Shown here: one piece after another, positions 46,621 through 55,002 of the stretch
Numbering within the stretch: position 1 is the first letter of the stretch
Layout of the letters: each line of letters starts with the position of its first letter
Source: a virus
Taxonomy: Duplodnaviria > Caudoviricetes
DNA length: 57,935 bases
Reading direction: 5' to 3' (one strand)
IMG/VR virus record: IMGVR_UViG_3300025872_000064
Location: 1-57,935 of that record
Translations under genes and position numbers: made by a program
The notes under the pieces: generated by a model
Database searches by the model: none
What the model was told of the DNA's origin: nothing
Seen by the model: only the letters and a program-made list of their open reading frames with translations

Positions 46621-47007
46621 GTGGAAACCTATAGCCCCTTCATAATTTCCGCCCGTCTTTTGCCAGCCGTTGACGTCGCCGGCGCGACGGTATCGGTTGA
46701 CCCGACAAGCAACCGCGACCACTACGGGAAGCCGGAGTGGCGCTACTTTATCGACCTACCCGACGGAACCGAGCACACTGGCGGAGAGCTTTACGGGTGG
46801 GGGGACGCGGGGGAAATGCTGGAAACGCTTTTGGCGTTTCTCGGCGCTTGCGGGGAAAGCGTTAACTACCGCGACAGGACAGGCCGCGGCGGGGAAAACG
46901 CCGACATTTTTCCGCCCGAGGTTGCGGCATGGTGCGCCGCTAATTCAGACGCGCTTTCGGTTGCGTCTTTTGAGTGTGAGGAAGCAAACCGCGCGCGGCG
47001 GGAATAG
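46621..47007 (+). CDS. Hypothetical early protein
   Basis: GGAG RBS; LL.FLGACGES, FP..VA.W. Confidence 0.7.
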   Translation: METYSPFIISARLLPAVDVAGATVSVDPTSNRDHYGKPEWRYFIDLPDGTEHTGGELYGWGDAGEMLETLLAFLGACGESVNYRDRTGRGGENADIFPPEVAAWCAANSDALSVASFECEEANRARRE

Positions 47008-47114
47008 TCCGGCCGCCACCGCAACCCCACGGCGCCCGCGGCCGTGGGGCGACGGTGGCGGCCCGATGGCCGGGCCGCCCGAACGTGGAAACCTTGAAAC
47101 GGAGACGGGAAACA

Positions 47115-47462
47115 ATGCTGCCAACCCCGAAAACAATCGCGGCCCGTATCGGCTGCCCGATGGAAACCGCCCGCGCTATCCGCCGGGCGATTGAAGCGCA
47201 CGAGCGCAGCGGCGCCCCGTTCGCGGCCGGAACCCTAGACGCTATCTCGGAAATACTGGGGCCGGGGGCATACGGGGCAGAGCTTATCCGCCCCGGCGAC
47301 GGGCCGCGGTCCCATTCGATTGAATACGTCAACCGTGGGGACACTTATGACCCCACGATTCTATATCTCGACGGCGTTTCCCACGGCGGCCGGGCGACGG
47401 GCCGCGGGCGGTGGGCAGTGGGAACGTGGGGAGACATAGTGGAACGGGGGCGCTACGAATAA
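47115..47462 (+). CDS. Hypothetical early protein
   Basis: YVNRGDTYDPTI...GTWGDIVE. Confidence 0.7.
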   Translation: MLPTPKTIAARIGCPMETARAIRRAIEAHERSGAPFAAGTLDAISEILGPGAYGAELIRPGDGPRSHSIEYVNRGDTYDPTILYLDGVSHGGRATGRGRWAVGTWGDIVERGRYE

Positions 47463-47562
47463 ACCGCCCGGCTCCCCCGCAACCGGCGCCGCCCGCGGGC
47501 GCCGGCGACGGGGGCGCCGCGCGGCGCCCGGAACGTGGAAACGTGGAAACGGAGTCTAGATC

Positions 47563-47871
47563 ATGCAAACCGAACCCCTACGCTATCTTCGCGACGTCGC
47601 GCCGGATGCGAAAATCTATCGTTCCCCAGTCCGGCCCGACGGGTGGGGGGGAAACTATCCGGGACAGGGCGCCGACGGGTACGGGCGGAAAATATCGACG
47701 GACTACGTCGCCCGATACGGGGGGCGTACCCGACGGGTCTACGTTTGCCAATTCTCCAACGCTGGCACGGCCTACGTTATCGACGGGGGGCGGTGGGCAA
47801 TCGTCGATAACCTCCCGCTAGACGTTCCGCCGCTGCCGCCCGAGTATCGCGGGCGGATTGTCGCCCGATAG
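47563..47871 (+). CDS. Hypothetical early protein
   Basis: GYGRKI.T.Y...GR.RRVY..QFSNAGTAY. Confidence 0.7.
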   Translation: MQTEPLRYLRDVAPDAKIYRSPVRPDGWGGNYPGQGADGYGRKISTDYVARYGGRTRRVYVCQFSNAGTAYVIDGGRWAIVDNLPLDVPPLPPEYRGRIVAR

Positions 47872-47970
47872 CGCCGGCCCCGCGCTAACCCCCGGCCGTG
47901 GAAACGGGCGGGGGCGTGCGCGCGGCCGCCGCGGTGGCGACCCCGATTGTGGAAACGGGAGGAAATGACG

Positions 47971-48342
47971 ATGGAAACGGAAACGGTACATTGTGACGGT
48001 TGCGGCGCGGATTGCGTCCCCACGGGTTGCACAACCGGATACGGGCGAACGGCCGACGGGCGGCGGTTGTGCTTTTCATGCTGCGACGCGCGAGAACGGG
48101 CGGATTTTGCGGCGGCCGATACATACTGCGCGTACGTCTCCGGCGACGGCCGGAGTATTTCAACGTGGCCGGGGGGCAAGCTGGCAACCGTAACCTATTC
48201 CCGCCGCCACCGTGGCGGTTTCGGTGGGGAGTATTTCACGGTTGATGCCACGGCGCCCGACGGTAGCCGCTGGTACGGGCGGGGCGGCGGCCCCGGTATG
48301 TTCGTCCGGCTGAAACGGCGCAAGGCTACAGGCCGAGCATAA
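47971..48342 (+). CDS. Hypothetical early protein with Zn-finger-like Cys pairs
   Basis: CDGCG, TGYG, CFSCC, STWPG; GGAGG RBS. Confidence 0.7.
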   Translation: METETVHCDGCGADCVPTGCTTGYGRTADGRRLCFSCCDARERADFAAADTYCAYVSGDGRSISTWPGGKLATVTYSRRHRGGFGGEYFTVDATAPDGSRWYGRGGGPGMFVRLKRRKATGRA

Positions 48343-48471
48343 CCGGCCCCGCGGCGCCCCCCGACGGTGGAAACCGGCGGGGGCAACCGCGGGGCCGTCA
48401 ACGGGCGGCCCGTTCGTGGAAACCGGCACGCGCCGGCACGGGGGGAATTTATCTATCGGGAGGGTTTCACA

Positions 48472-48699
48472 ATGCGGAAAGTATCGCGGTACGATTTTGG
48501 TTGCGGGGCCGTGGAGAGAATCGCCCGGCCGGCGGGGGAAGCGACTATTACGATGGAGCACGGCGCCTATATCGTCCGGCGGGCGCCGTGGCATACCGCC
48601 GGATACCGTGTGGTGCCGTGCCGTACCGTCCGGGAGGCGCGGCGGCTTGCGGCCGCGCTTGCGGCTGGGAAGCCGGCCGAGCGTAGGGGGGACCGCTAA
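48472..48699 (+). CDS. Hypothetical early protein
   Basis: GGAGG RBS before ATG. Confidence 0.6.
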   Translation: MRKVSRYDFGCGAVERIARPAGEATITMEHGAYIVRRAPWHTAGYRVVPCRTVREARRLAAALAAGKPAERRGDR

Positions 48700-48824
48700 A
48701 CCGCCCCGCCCGCAACCCCCGTCCGGCGAAACCGGCGGGGGCGACGGGCGGGGCGCCAACGTGGCGCCCCCGTTCGTGGAAACCGACGGCCGATCGGCCG
48801 CCGGATTAGTGGGAGACTGTACCT

Positions 48825-49055
48825 ATGGAAAACTGGAAACTAGAGCGCGCCGGATGCGGGCGCTACCATGTTCGCGGCGCTGACGGCTACCGTCGGGCGG
48901 GTGTGATTCTGGGCGGAAACCGCCGCTACCTTGTCGAGATAGCCGGCCGAACGTGGCCGGGATATTTTCCGTCGGCGCGGGCCGCCGGGGCGGCGCTTGT
49001 CAATCATCACAACACGGCGCCCGGCGGCTGGCCGGTCGTCCATCCAGCACAGTAA
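48825..49055 (+). CDS. Hypothetical early protein
   Basis: GGAG RBS before ATG. Confidence 0.6.
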   Translation: MENWKLERAGCGRYHVRGADGYRRAGVILGGNRRYLVEIAGRTWPGYFPSARAAGAALVNHHNTAPGGWPVVHPAQ

Positions 49056-49175
49056 CCCCCGGCCGTGGAAACCGAAAGCAACCCCGTCCGTAACAACCCC
49101 GATTCTCACAATCCCAAGTGTCCAACAATCGCAAACACCGGAGAAAGCCGCCAAAAACTTTTTTTGTTGACGTAG

Positions 49176-49204
49176 TTGACAGCGTATTGCCGAAAGCGTA
49201 TTGT
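49176..49204 (+). promoter_or_regulatory. Sigma70-like promoter with overlapping direct repeat
   Basis: TTGACA-17 nt-TATTGT, A/T-tract UP-like element, AGCGTATTG x2. Confidence 0.75.
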
Positions 49205-49273
49205 ATCCCGTGCGGCCGAGGGCAGCGTAGCCCCGGCCGTGGAAACGATTACCCCGAGTGGAGGAACGCGACG

Positions 49274-49549
49274 ATGGGATACGTTGGAAACGCGATGATT
49301 GAACTGGCCGAGGCGGGCGCGGTCATGGCCGAGATGGCCGAGGTGCAGGCGTGGCGGGCTGCCGGCCACACCGTGCCGCTGGTGTGGGTTGAGGTCGATA
49401 CCTACCGTGGCCGGCGCAATATGCCTGCCATGACCCTGGAGACGGCCGAGCGGCTCGCCGGCTGCCTGGACGACGAGGAGGCCCGCGAGGCGCTGCGGCA
49501 GGCCGTGGCGGATGCCCGAAGCTACCGGAAGATGGTCGGTCGCGACTGA
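49274..49549 (+). CDS. Hypothetical protein
   Basis: GGAGG RBS; follows promoter. Confidence 0.65.
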   Translation: MGYVGNAMIELAEAGAVMAEMAEVQAWRAAGHTVPLVWVEVDTYRGRRNMPAMTLETAERLAGCLDDEEAREALRQAVADARSYRKMVGRD

Positions 49550-49640
49550 CGCCGCCAGCCGCCCCGGCTCGTTGCCTGGGCGGTGCGATGATGGGATGAT
49601 TCACCACAACCCCCGTATGGGGGAACGAGAGGAGACGACG

Positions 49641-49889
49641 ATGACCGACCGATTCAAGTTCCTGGCCGTGCGCCGCGCCGGCCGTGTGGCGATCGTGCGT
49701 GTGCTGCACAGCGGCGAGGTGGCCGGCTACGATCCCGTGGCCGACCGCGAGCAGCGGCAGCGGCACTTCAAGATTCACCGCGGGCCTGCGGCATACGATG
49801 CTGCCTTCGGCGACTCGCGGCAGTATGACAGCCTGAAAGATGCCGTGGCCGACGCGGCAGTGTCCGGTCGGTGGGTCGAGACTGCCTGA
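49641..49889 (+). CDS. Hypothetical protein
   Basis: GAGGAG RBS. Confidence 0.65.
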   Translation: MTDRFKFLAVRRAGRVAIVRVLHSGEVAGYDPVADREQRQRHFKIHRGPAAYDAAFGDSRQYDSLKDAVADAAVSGRWVETA

Positions 49890-49961
49890 CCACCGGCCCG
49901 TAGAAACCAGAGTTCGATTCCACCCTGCCGCCCCGTGCGGCGAAACCAGAGGAGAGGGACG

Positions 49962-50207
49962 ATGAAGAAGACACAGATGCTAACGATTCGAAACGCTGAA
50001 GTGCGAATCGTAGACAAGATGGTTGCGGTCGTGTTCAACAAGTGGCAAGAGCACGAGGTTGCGATGATGAACACAGGATTCGGCCCCGTCGCAGATCGGG
50101 CGGTGCTGCGGTCCATCAAGGAATCCGGCGCTGCGAACTGGAGCGATGACGAGATCGCGAAACTGGCTCACCACATCGAGGAGCGGGCAATCCTGTCCGG
50201 TTTGTGA
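49962..50207 (+). CDS. Hypothetical protein
   Basis: GAGGAGAGG RBS. Confidence 0.6.
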   Translation: MKKTQMLTIRNAEVRIVDKMVAVVFNKWQEHEVAMMNTGFGPVADRAVLRSIKESGAANWSDDEIAKLAHHIEERAILSGL

Positions 50208-50392
50208 TGCAAAACCGAGTCTCACCATACGAAGCCGGCTGGCTCACGTTCCTTGTCCAGCAGCGGATGGCGACGGCCTCCGAGGCCCGCGAGGCGCAGA
50301 ATCGCGTGGCACAGGACGCCGTCCGCGAACTTGAGGAGCGTCTGCGACAGCGCCGGCTCGAGCGCAGGCGGAAAAAACGCGAGGAGGACTAG
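50204..50392 (+). CDS. Hypothetical basic protein
   Basis: GTGA coupling. Confidence 0.5.
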   Translation: MMQNRVSPYEAGWLTFLVQQRMATASEAREAQNRVAQDAVRELEERLRQRRLERRRKKREED

Positions 50393-50463
50393 GCTACTGG
50401 CCGATAGTCAGCGTAGGCTACTGGCCGTGATACGGGACCGTGAAAACCAGCAGGAGCAGAACC

Positions 50464-50766
50464 ATGAAGATCGAAGGGTTCAACGACGGGGATCGTGCCT
50501 GGGCGGCGTCGGTGTACGTCAAGGACGGGCTGGGCAGCGAGCCGGCGTCGGCGCTGGCCTATGCCAGCGAGGTGACGATCGTGATGGCGGCCGGGGGCAT
50601 CGTGCAGGAGGACGGTCGGCCGCCCCGCGTCAGCGGAGTCGGCGAGACGTTCCACCAGACGCAGCAGCAGGCCCGAGAGTGGGCGGCGGCTGAACTCCGC
50701 AGGAGCGCCGCCAACCTGTACCGGCAGGCCGAGGAACTGGCCGAGCCGCGCGTGGTGACCGTATGA
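50464..50766 (+). CDS. Hypothetical protein
   Basis: AGGAG RBS. Confidence 0.6.
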   Translation: MKIEGFNDGDRAWAASVYVKDGLGSEPASALAYASEVTIVMAAGGIVQEDGRPPRVSGVGETFHQTQQQAREWAAAELRRSAANLYRQAEELAEPRVVTV

Positions 50767-51035
50767 TCTGCCTCGTTCGAGATACCTGGAGGGCCGTGCT
50801 CGTCGTGGTCGTCGCCGTGCTGCTTCGCGGAGTCTTCGCGGAGCGGCCGGCGGCGCTGCCGGCACCCGTGGCCCCTGCGTGGCAACCGGCGGCCGTCCAG
50901 TGGTCGCCCCCGACCGTGGCAACCGGAGCGTGGCAACCCATGCCCGCCCCGGCCGTGGAAACCCAAGGCCCGATTCGCCGTGTCGCCAGAGAACTCGTAG
51001 ACTTGTCCGAAGCCGTTTTAGGAGTGGTTCGATGA
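50763..51035 (+). CDS. Membrane-anchored Pro/Ala-rich protein
   Basis: N-terminal TM helix; WQP repeats; ATGA coupling. Confidence 0.55.
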   Translation: MICLVRDTWRAVLVVVVAVLLRGVFAERPAALPAPVAPAWQPAAVQWSPPTVATGAWQPMPAPAVETQGPIRRVARELVDLSEAVLGVVR

Positions 51036-51379
51036 ACATCAATACTGACGACTGGTTTCCGCTCGCCGACATTGAGCAGCACTCGAAAACGCTGCGGCAG
51101 CGGACGGCGTATCGCCTCGCCGAGGAACTGCGGCTCATCCATGTGTTCTTCGGCGTGAAGTGCATCCGTAAGGCCGACGTTCATACCCTCGAGTCCAATC
51201 GCCGGCCGCTGGGGAACCGGCAATGGATTGAGTCCTATGAGGCCGCGGCGGCGGCGGCAAAGGCTGCCAACGCAAGCAAGAGCCGCAGGCTCAAAGATGC
51301 AGGGCCGACGCAGGCAGAGAAGAAGCGGAACGCCGGGCTGCGGACGCTCGCTACAAAGACTCGCGGGCAGTCTTCCTAG
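51032..51379 (+). CDS. Hypothetical basic (possibly DNA-binding) protein
   Basis: AGGAG RBS; ATGA coupling. Confidence 0.55.
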   Translation: MNINTDDWFPLADIEQHSKTLRQRTAYRLAEELRLIHVFFGVKCIRKADVHTLESNRRPLGNRQWIESYEAAAAAAKAANASKSRRLKDAGPTQAEKKRNAGLRTLATKTRGQSS

Positions 51380-51665
51380 AGTGGCACCGCCGGCACAATA
51401 GCTGCAACCCCGACAGCGGCGTGGCCTCTGCGGCCTCGTTGACGGGCTTGGCGACAACGTGATCTATCTGACTGTCTCCAGCCCGGTGGCAGACCTTGCC
51501 GCATTCGCGGCAGCAGCCGCCGTCACGGGCGATGACGGCCTTCCGCACCCGCTGCCATGCGGCCGAGCCGTACCCCCGTTCGTGGGAACTGGCGCGGGCC
51601 TGGGCGGCCTCCGTCCGGCGAAACGAGCCGAAGCGTGGCCTAAAGGTTGGGATTCTGCGCGGCAC
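51351..51665 (-). CDS. HNH endonuclease (HK97 gp74-like packaging nuclease)
   Basis: RGYG..W..VR..V..RD..C..CG, IDHV, LQLLC..CHSRKT. Confidence 0.9.
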   Translation of the reverse strand: MPRRIPTFRPRFGSFRRTEAAQARASSHERGYGSAAWQRVRKAVIARDGGCCRECGKVCHRAGDSQIDHVVAKPVNEAAEATPLSGLQLLCRRCHSRKTARESL

Positions 51666-51978
51666 TCGACCACCCGACCAGGAGAACGCGATGGCTCTCG
51701 CGGGCGAACCACCACTCGATCACCAGTTTGATGACCGCCTGCGCGAGCATCGACAGGAGGAACATGGCGACGACGCTGCCGTATCGCTTCCGCAGGCGCA
51801 CCGAGACGCGGGCCTTGACCACCTCTTCCAGGCGATCCGATGGGCAGCCGGCAGGCCACTCCTCGACGATCATCTCCACGATGCGGTCGCGGAGCGGGCC
51901 GTGCATAGCCAGCCGCATTCCGCCGCGTTTTGCGATGTATGCCTTCAGCGGGCGGTAGACCGAATCACTGGCGGGCAT
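51640..51978 (-). CDS. Hypothetical membrane-associated protein (start uncertain)
   Basis: YGSVVAMFLLSMLAQAVIKLVIEWW helix. Confidence 0.6.
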   Translation of the reverse strand: MPASDSVYRPLKAYIAKRGGMRLAMHGPLRDRIVEMIVEEWPAGCPSDRLEEVVKARVSVRLRKRYGSVVAMFLLSMLAQAVIKLVIEWWFARESHRVLLVGWSSAAQNPNL

Positions 51979-52283
51979 GTGCCGCTCGTGCATGGTGCGT
52001 CCTTTGTCTTTTCCTTCCCGGTTCCATCGCACGCGGCGCAGACCACTGACACGGTTCCATCGCCGAGGCGGCCCTTGCCGCCACACGCGCTACAGACCCC
52101 CGCAGGGCCGGGCTTCGGCGCCGGCGTCGGGCCGACGGCCGCCGACCACACGCCGTAGTTGCCGGTGACGGCGATGAGCGGCTGGAGATTCTCCTTCACG
52201 TTCTGCTCGACGCACCCGACAACCGCGGCGGCGATGATCGCGACAATGGCGACGCCCACGGCGTCAACGACGAGCCATCTCAT
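51945..52283 (-). CDS. Lipoprotein-like protein with DnaJ-type Zn finger
   Basis: Hydrophobic signal ending VVGC; CSACGGKG...CAACDGTG. Confidence 0.65.
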   Translation of the reverse strand: MRWLVVDAVGVAIVAIIAAAVVGCVEQNVKENLQPLIAVTGNYGVWSAAVGPTPAPKPGPAGVCSACGGKGRLGDGTVSVVCAACDGTGKEKTKDAPCTSGTCPPVIRSTAR

Positions 52284-53278
52284 ACGTTCCCCTTCGCACC
52301 GTAGGTCGTCTGCCGGCGTCGCGGCCACCCGGCGACGCTCGAGAGGGCAATGTTCTGGGCGCGGTCGATGGTGCTCGCCAACGCCCAGTAGGCACCATCG
52401 GGAATCTCCAGGTCGGTGCCGCGCACCTTCCGCGGGCCTTTGTTCCACTTGTTCCAACTGTTCAACCAGCACACGAGCGCCTGCCCGTACTTCTGGTGCG
52501 TCTCTGGGCGATCGTCATAGCCGATGTAGCACTGGCTGTGCTGCCAGACGCCGATCTGCCTGCTGAAGCCATCCTCGTTTCGCGTCCGCTCGAAGCCCAT
52601 CGACGAGCAGTTGAAGATTCCGTAGCCCTGAAAGAGGAAGTCGCGCACGGCCTCCCGGCCCTTCAGGAACGTCGCCGTGCGGGCGATGTGTTTGCTCGAC
52701 TCCGCGAGCCACTTGTCGCCGGGCAACTTCTTCCCGCCGAGGCGGATCGTCTCTTCGGTGTAGCGAGTGAGGTCGAAGCCGAGTTCTTGGTACGGCTTCC
52801 GCACCAGGAACCCGCGCGTCGTCGCCGTCTGCGCAGCGGCGGAACAGAACCACCCGTCGCCGTCGAAACCACGCCACGCGAACAGGCTCTCGCTCGCGAC
52901 CGGGATATTGAGGATGCCGTCGCGCGGCAGTTCCGGTGCGACCTCGACCTGGCCGGTGACTTCGTCTGGGCGGCCGTCGTTGATCTCGAGCGCGAGGCTC
53001 ATCAGCAACCCGTTTGCGCATCCTTTGCTGACACAGTCGCCCCATAGTTGCGTCGGGCCGGGCCAGCAGCCGGGGAACACGCTGTCGACGACGGGCGAGA
53101 GGAGGATCAGTTTGCCTTTGCCGGCGTCCGCGAACTCCCACTCATTGGCGACGTCGGAGCCGTCTGGGTTGCCGCCCCTGCGGATGATGGAGTCGGCGAA
53201 CTGCTCGTCGGCCTGGGGGTTCGGCCGGCAGCCGGCGAACCCACGCGAGTAGGCATCAAGTGGATCGAAATTACTCAT
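52280..53278 (-). CDS. Papain-like (C1 family) cysteine peptidase
   Basis: Q.WGDCVS (Gln, Cys), WQHSQCYIGYDD (His), LNSW (Asn), DGAYW. Confidence 0.78.
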   Translation of the reverse strand: MSNFDPLDAYSRGFAGCRPNPQADEQFADSIIRRGGNPDGSDVANEWEFADAGKGKLILLSPVVDSVFPGCWPGPTQLWGDCVSKGCANGLLMSLALEINDGRPDEVTGQVEVAPELPRDGILNIPVASESLFAWRGFDGDGWFCSAAAQTATTRGFLVRKPYQELGFDLTRYTEETIRLGGKKLPGDKWLAESSKHIARTATFLKGREAVRDFLFQGYGIFNCSSMGFERTRNEDGFSRQIGVWQHSQCYIGYDDRPETHQKYGQALVCWLNSWNKWNKGPRKVRGTDLEIPDGAYWALASTIDRAQNIALSSVAGWPRRRQTTYGAKGNV

Positions 53279-53753
53279 GGCCGATGCCGAGGCTCCATGA
53301 GAGCACGCCGCACGCCGCCACAAGCCTCGAGCCGACCTTCTCGTCGATCTTTTGCACCTCGGCCCCGCAGGCGTTGATGAACGTCTCGTCGATGGCTTCG
53401 GCGAGGCCGGAGTACTTGCCGACGTTGGCCTTGTCGATCGCCAGACGCAGCGAGCCGCCGTGGAAGTTGGCGAACTGCTCCGTCGAGCCGATGATTGGAA
53501 GTTCACGCTGCCGGTCGCGGATCAGGACGAACGCCATCGCGTCATAGAACGCCGCCAGGTACTGCCGGTCTTTCGGCAGCATCTTCGGCAGGATCGGCCG
53601 CAGCGGTTCGGCCCACTTGAGCAACTCCGCATCGGGCTGCGGCGTGTTGATGTTCTCGTGCGGGGCAGGGGGCCACGGCATGGAGAGGTCGGAACCCTTC
53701 CAGGCGAAGAAGAGAAGCACGGCCGCCACGATCCACCTCGCGTCGATCTTCAT
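53271..53753 (-). CDS. Membrane-anchored hypothetical protein
   Basis: N-terminal TM helix plus Pro linker. Confidence 0.65.
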   Translation of the reverse strand: MKIDARWIVAAVLLFFAWKGSDLSMPWPPAPHENINTPQPDAELLKWAEPLRPILPKMLPKDRQYLAAFYDAMAFVLIRDRQRELPIIGSTEQFANFHGGSLRLAIDKANVGKYSGLAEAIDETFINACGAEVQKIDEKVGSRLVAACGVLSWSLGIGHE

Positions 53754-54031
53754 AGGTCACTCCCGTCCACGAGCGCCAGCGTCAGCGTGTCGACGGCCTT
53801 CTTCTGCTCGTCGCCGAGCCGGTCGGTGGCTCGCAGCCGCAGGCGCACCGTCGCCAGGTTGGCGATGGCATCGCGGTATGAAGGGGCGATGGCCTCCTCG
53901 AGCGGCTTGGGCGGCGGGACGAGGCTGTCGTCCTGCCAGAGGCCGATCGCCCACTGAATGAGCAGTTGCACCTGCGGGCCGAACGCCACGCACAGTGCAG
54001 CCACGGCGGCGAGGTACTGAAGAATCGTCAC
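53750..54031 (-). CDS. Membrane-anchored hypothetical protein
   Basis: GTG start coupled to upstream stop; N-terminal TM helix. Confidence 0.6.
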   Translation of the reverse strand: MTILQYLAAVAALCVAFGPQVQLLIQWAIGLWQDDSLVPPPKPLEEAIAPSYRDAIANLATVRLRLRATDRLGDEQKKAVDTLTLALVDGSDL

Positions 54032-54306
54032 TGCGTCACCTGTGCGATGACCCAGTTGAAGAACGCCTGCCCCTCGGGGGTCTTGAGCACCGCCTCCAGG
54101 TGGAAGAGCGCCTCGTCGTCCAGGCTCGTGGACGACTTGCCAGCGGCCCACTGGAGCGTCTTCACGACGGCGGTGGCCTGGTCATACGGAGTCTTCGCGT
54201 CCATCACCGACTGGAGGCGGCCGATCAGCGGCGCCCACTCGGCGAGGAGTTTCAGCTTCTCGAAGATCGGCAGCCCAGCGCCGTAGATTTCCTCTTCATT
54301 GTCCAT
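54028..54306 (-). CDS. Hypothetical protein
   Basis: AAGGAGG RBS. Confidence 0.65.
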   Translation of the reverse strand: MDNEEEIYGAGLPIFEKLKLLAEWAPLIGRLQSVMDAKTPYDQATAVVKTLQWAAGKSSTSLDDEALFHLEAVLKTPEGQAFFNWVIAQVTQ

Positions 54307-54490
54307 TCCGCACCTCCTTGTGCTTGTTCAGAAATGCCATGTATTGCGGCGAGAGCGTCCTGCTCTGGCTCGTCAGTTTGCCCCAGTGACTCGGCGGCGG
54401 CTCCGGCACCTTCGACATGAGTGGAGGAGTGTCGTCGCCGTAGCGCGCCTGCAACTCCCTGGCGTCAAGGTGGTCGTCACTCACTGCCAT
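54296..54490 (-). CDS. Hypothetical protein
   Basis: Overlapping operon arrangement. Confidence 0.5.
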   Translation of the reverse strand: MAVSDDHLDARELQARYGDDTPPLMSKVPEPPPSHWGKLTSQSRTLSPQYMAFLNKHKEVRNGQ

Positions 54491-54692
54491 GCACGAAGGT
54501 ATTCATCAGGTCGAAGCACCCGTCGAAGATGACGCGAACCATCTCGTTCGCCTCGGTCGAACTCATCTTCCGGTCGAACTTCCAGAGTTCGTCCTCGACG
54601 AAGTCGTCATTCTTCTTCAGGATCAGTCGAGCCTCCTTGGCCCCTATGATCAGGTGTACCTCGGATAGCATCGTTGTCTGGCCCTGTAGCAT
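54477..54692 (-). CDS. Hypothetical protein (start uncertain)
   Basis: Overlapping operon arrangement. Confidence 0.5.
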   Translation of the reverse strand: MLQGQTTMLSEVHLIIGAKEARLILKKNDDFVEDELWKFDRKMSSTEANEMVRVIFDGCFDLMNTFVHGSE

Positions 54693-55002
54693 TTTCCATT
54701 CTAACAGACCTGGCGGCCTCGAGACGGGCTTCCCGCTCCACCTGGGACCAGCCCGCGCGGATGCGGGCGCAGGCCATCCGTATCTCTTCCGGCGACGGCA
54801 GATAGAACTCCGGCTCCGGCCGGTCGGGGAGGCCGAGGGCGGCGGCGAACGCCAGCACCTCGTCGGACGTCATCCCCATCTCCTCGCAAATCTCGTCATG
54901 CGACGAGTCGCCGGCCCAGAGCCTGCGAAGCTTGCGCTTTTGGTTTGCCCGCTCCTCGGAGGCAGCCAGTTCAGCCGGGGTCATCCGGCGTCGAGATGTC
55001 AT
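54607..55002 (-). CDS. Putative HTH protein with PSPEEI..ACARIRAGW motif
   Basis: Paralog of 4184-4531; ATGA coupling. Confidence 0.6.
   Translation of the reverse strand: MTSRRRMTPAELAASEERANQKRKLRRLWAGDSSHDEICEEMGMTSDEVLAFAAALGLPDRPEPEFYLPSPEEIRMACARIRAGWSQVEREARLEAARSVRMENATGPDNDAIRGTPDHRGQGGSTDPEEE

Larger units (their letters stand above)
47011..48790 (+). repeat. Five intergenic structured modules (hairpin plus CCCG..YGTGGAAAC)
   Basis: Hairpins at ~47011, 47474, 47877, 48345, 48702, each followed by GTGGAAAC before the next RBS. Confidence 0.75.

Noticed and set aside
47008-49060. Early-region hairpins as a second attC array (several stops read TAAC)
   Set aside because: No matching GTT R' box or L''/L' spacing at the hairpin ends; kept as a separate unknown motif
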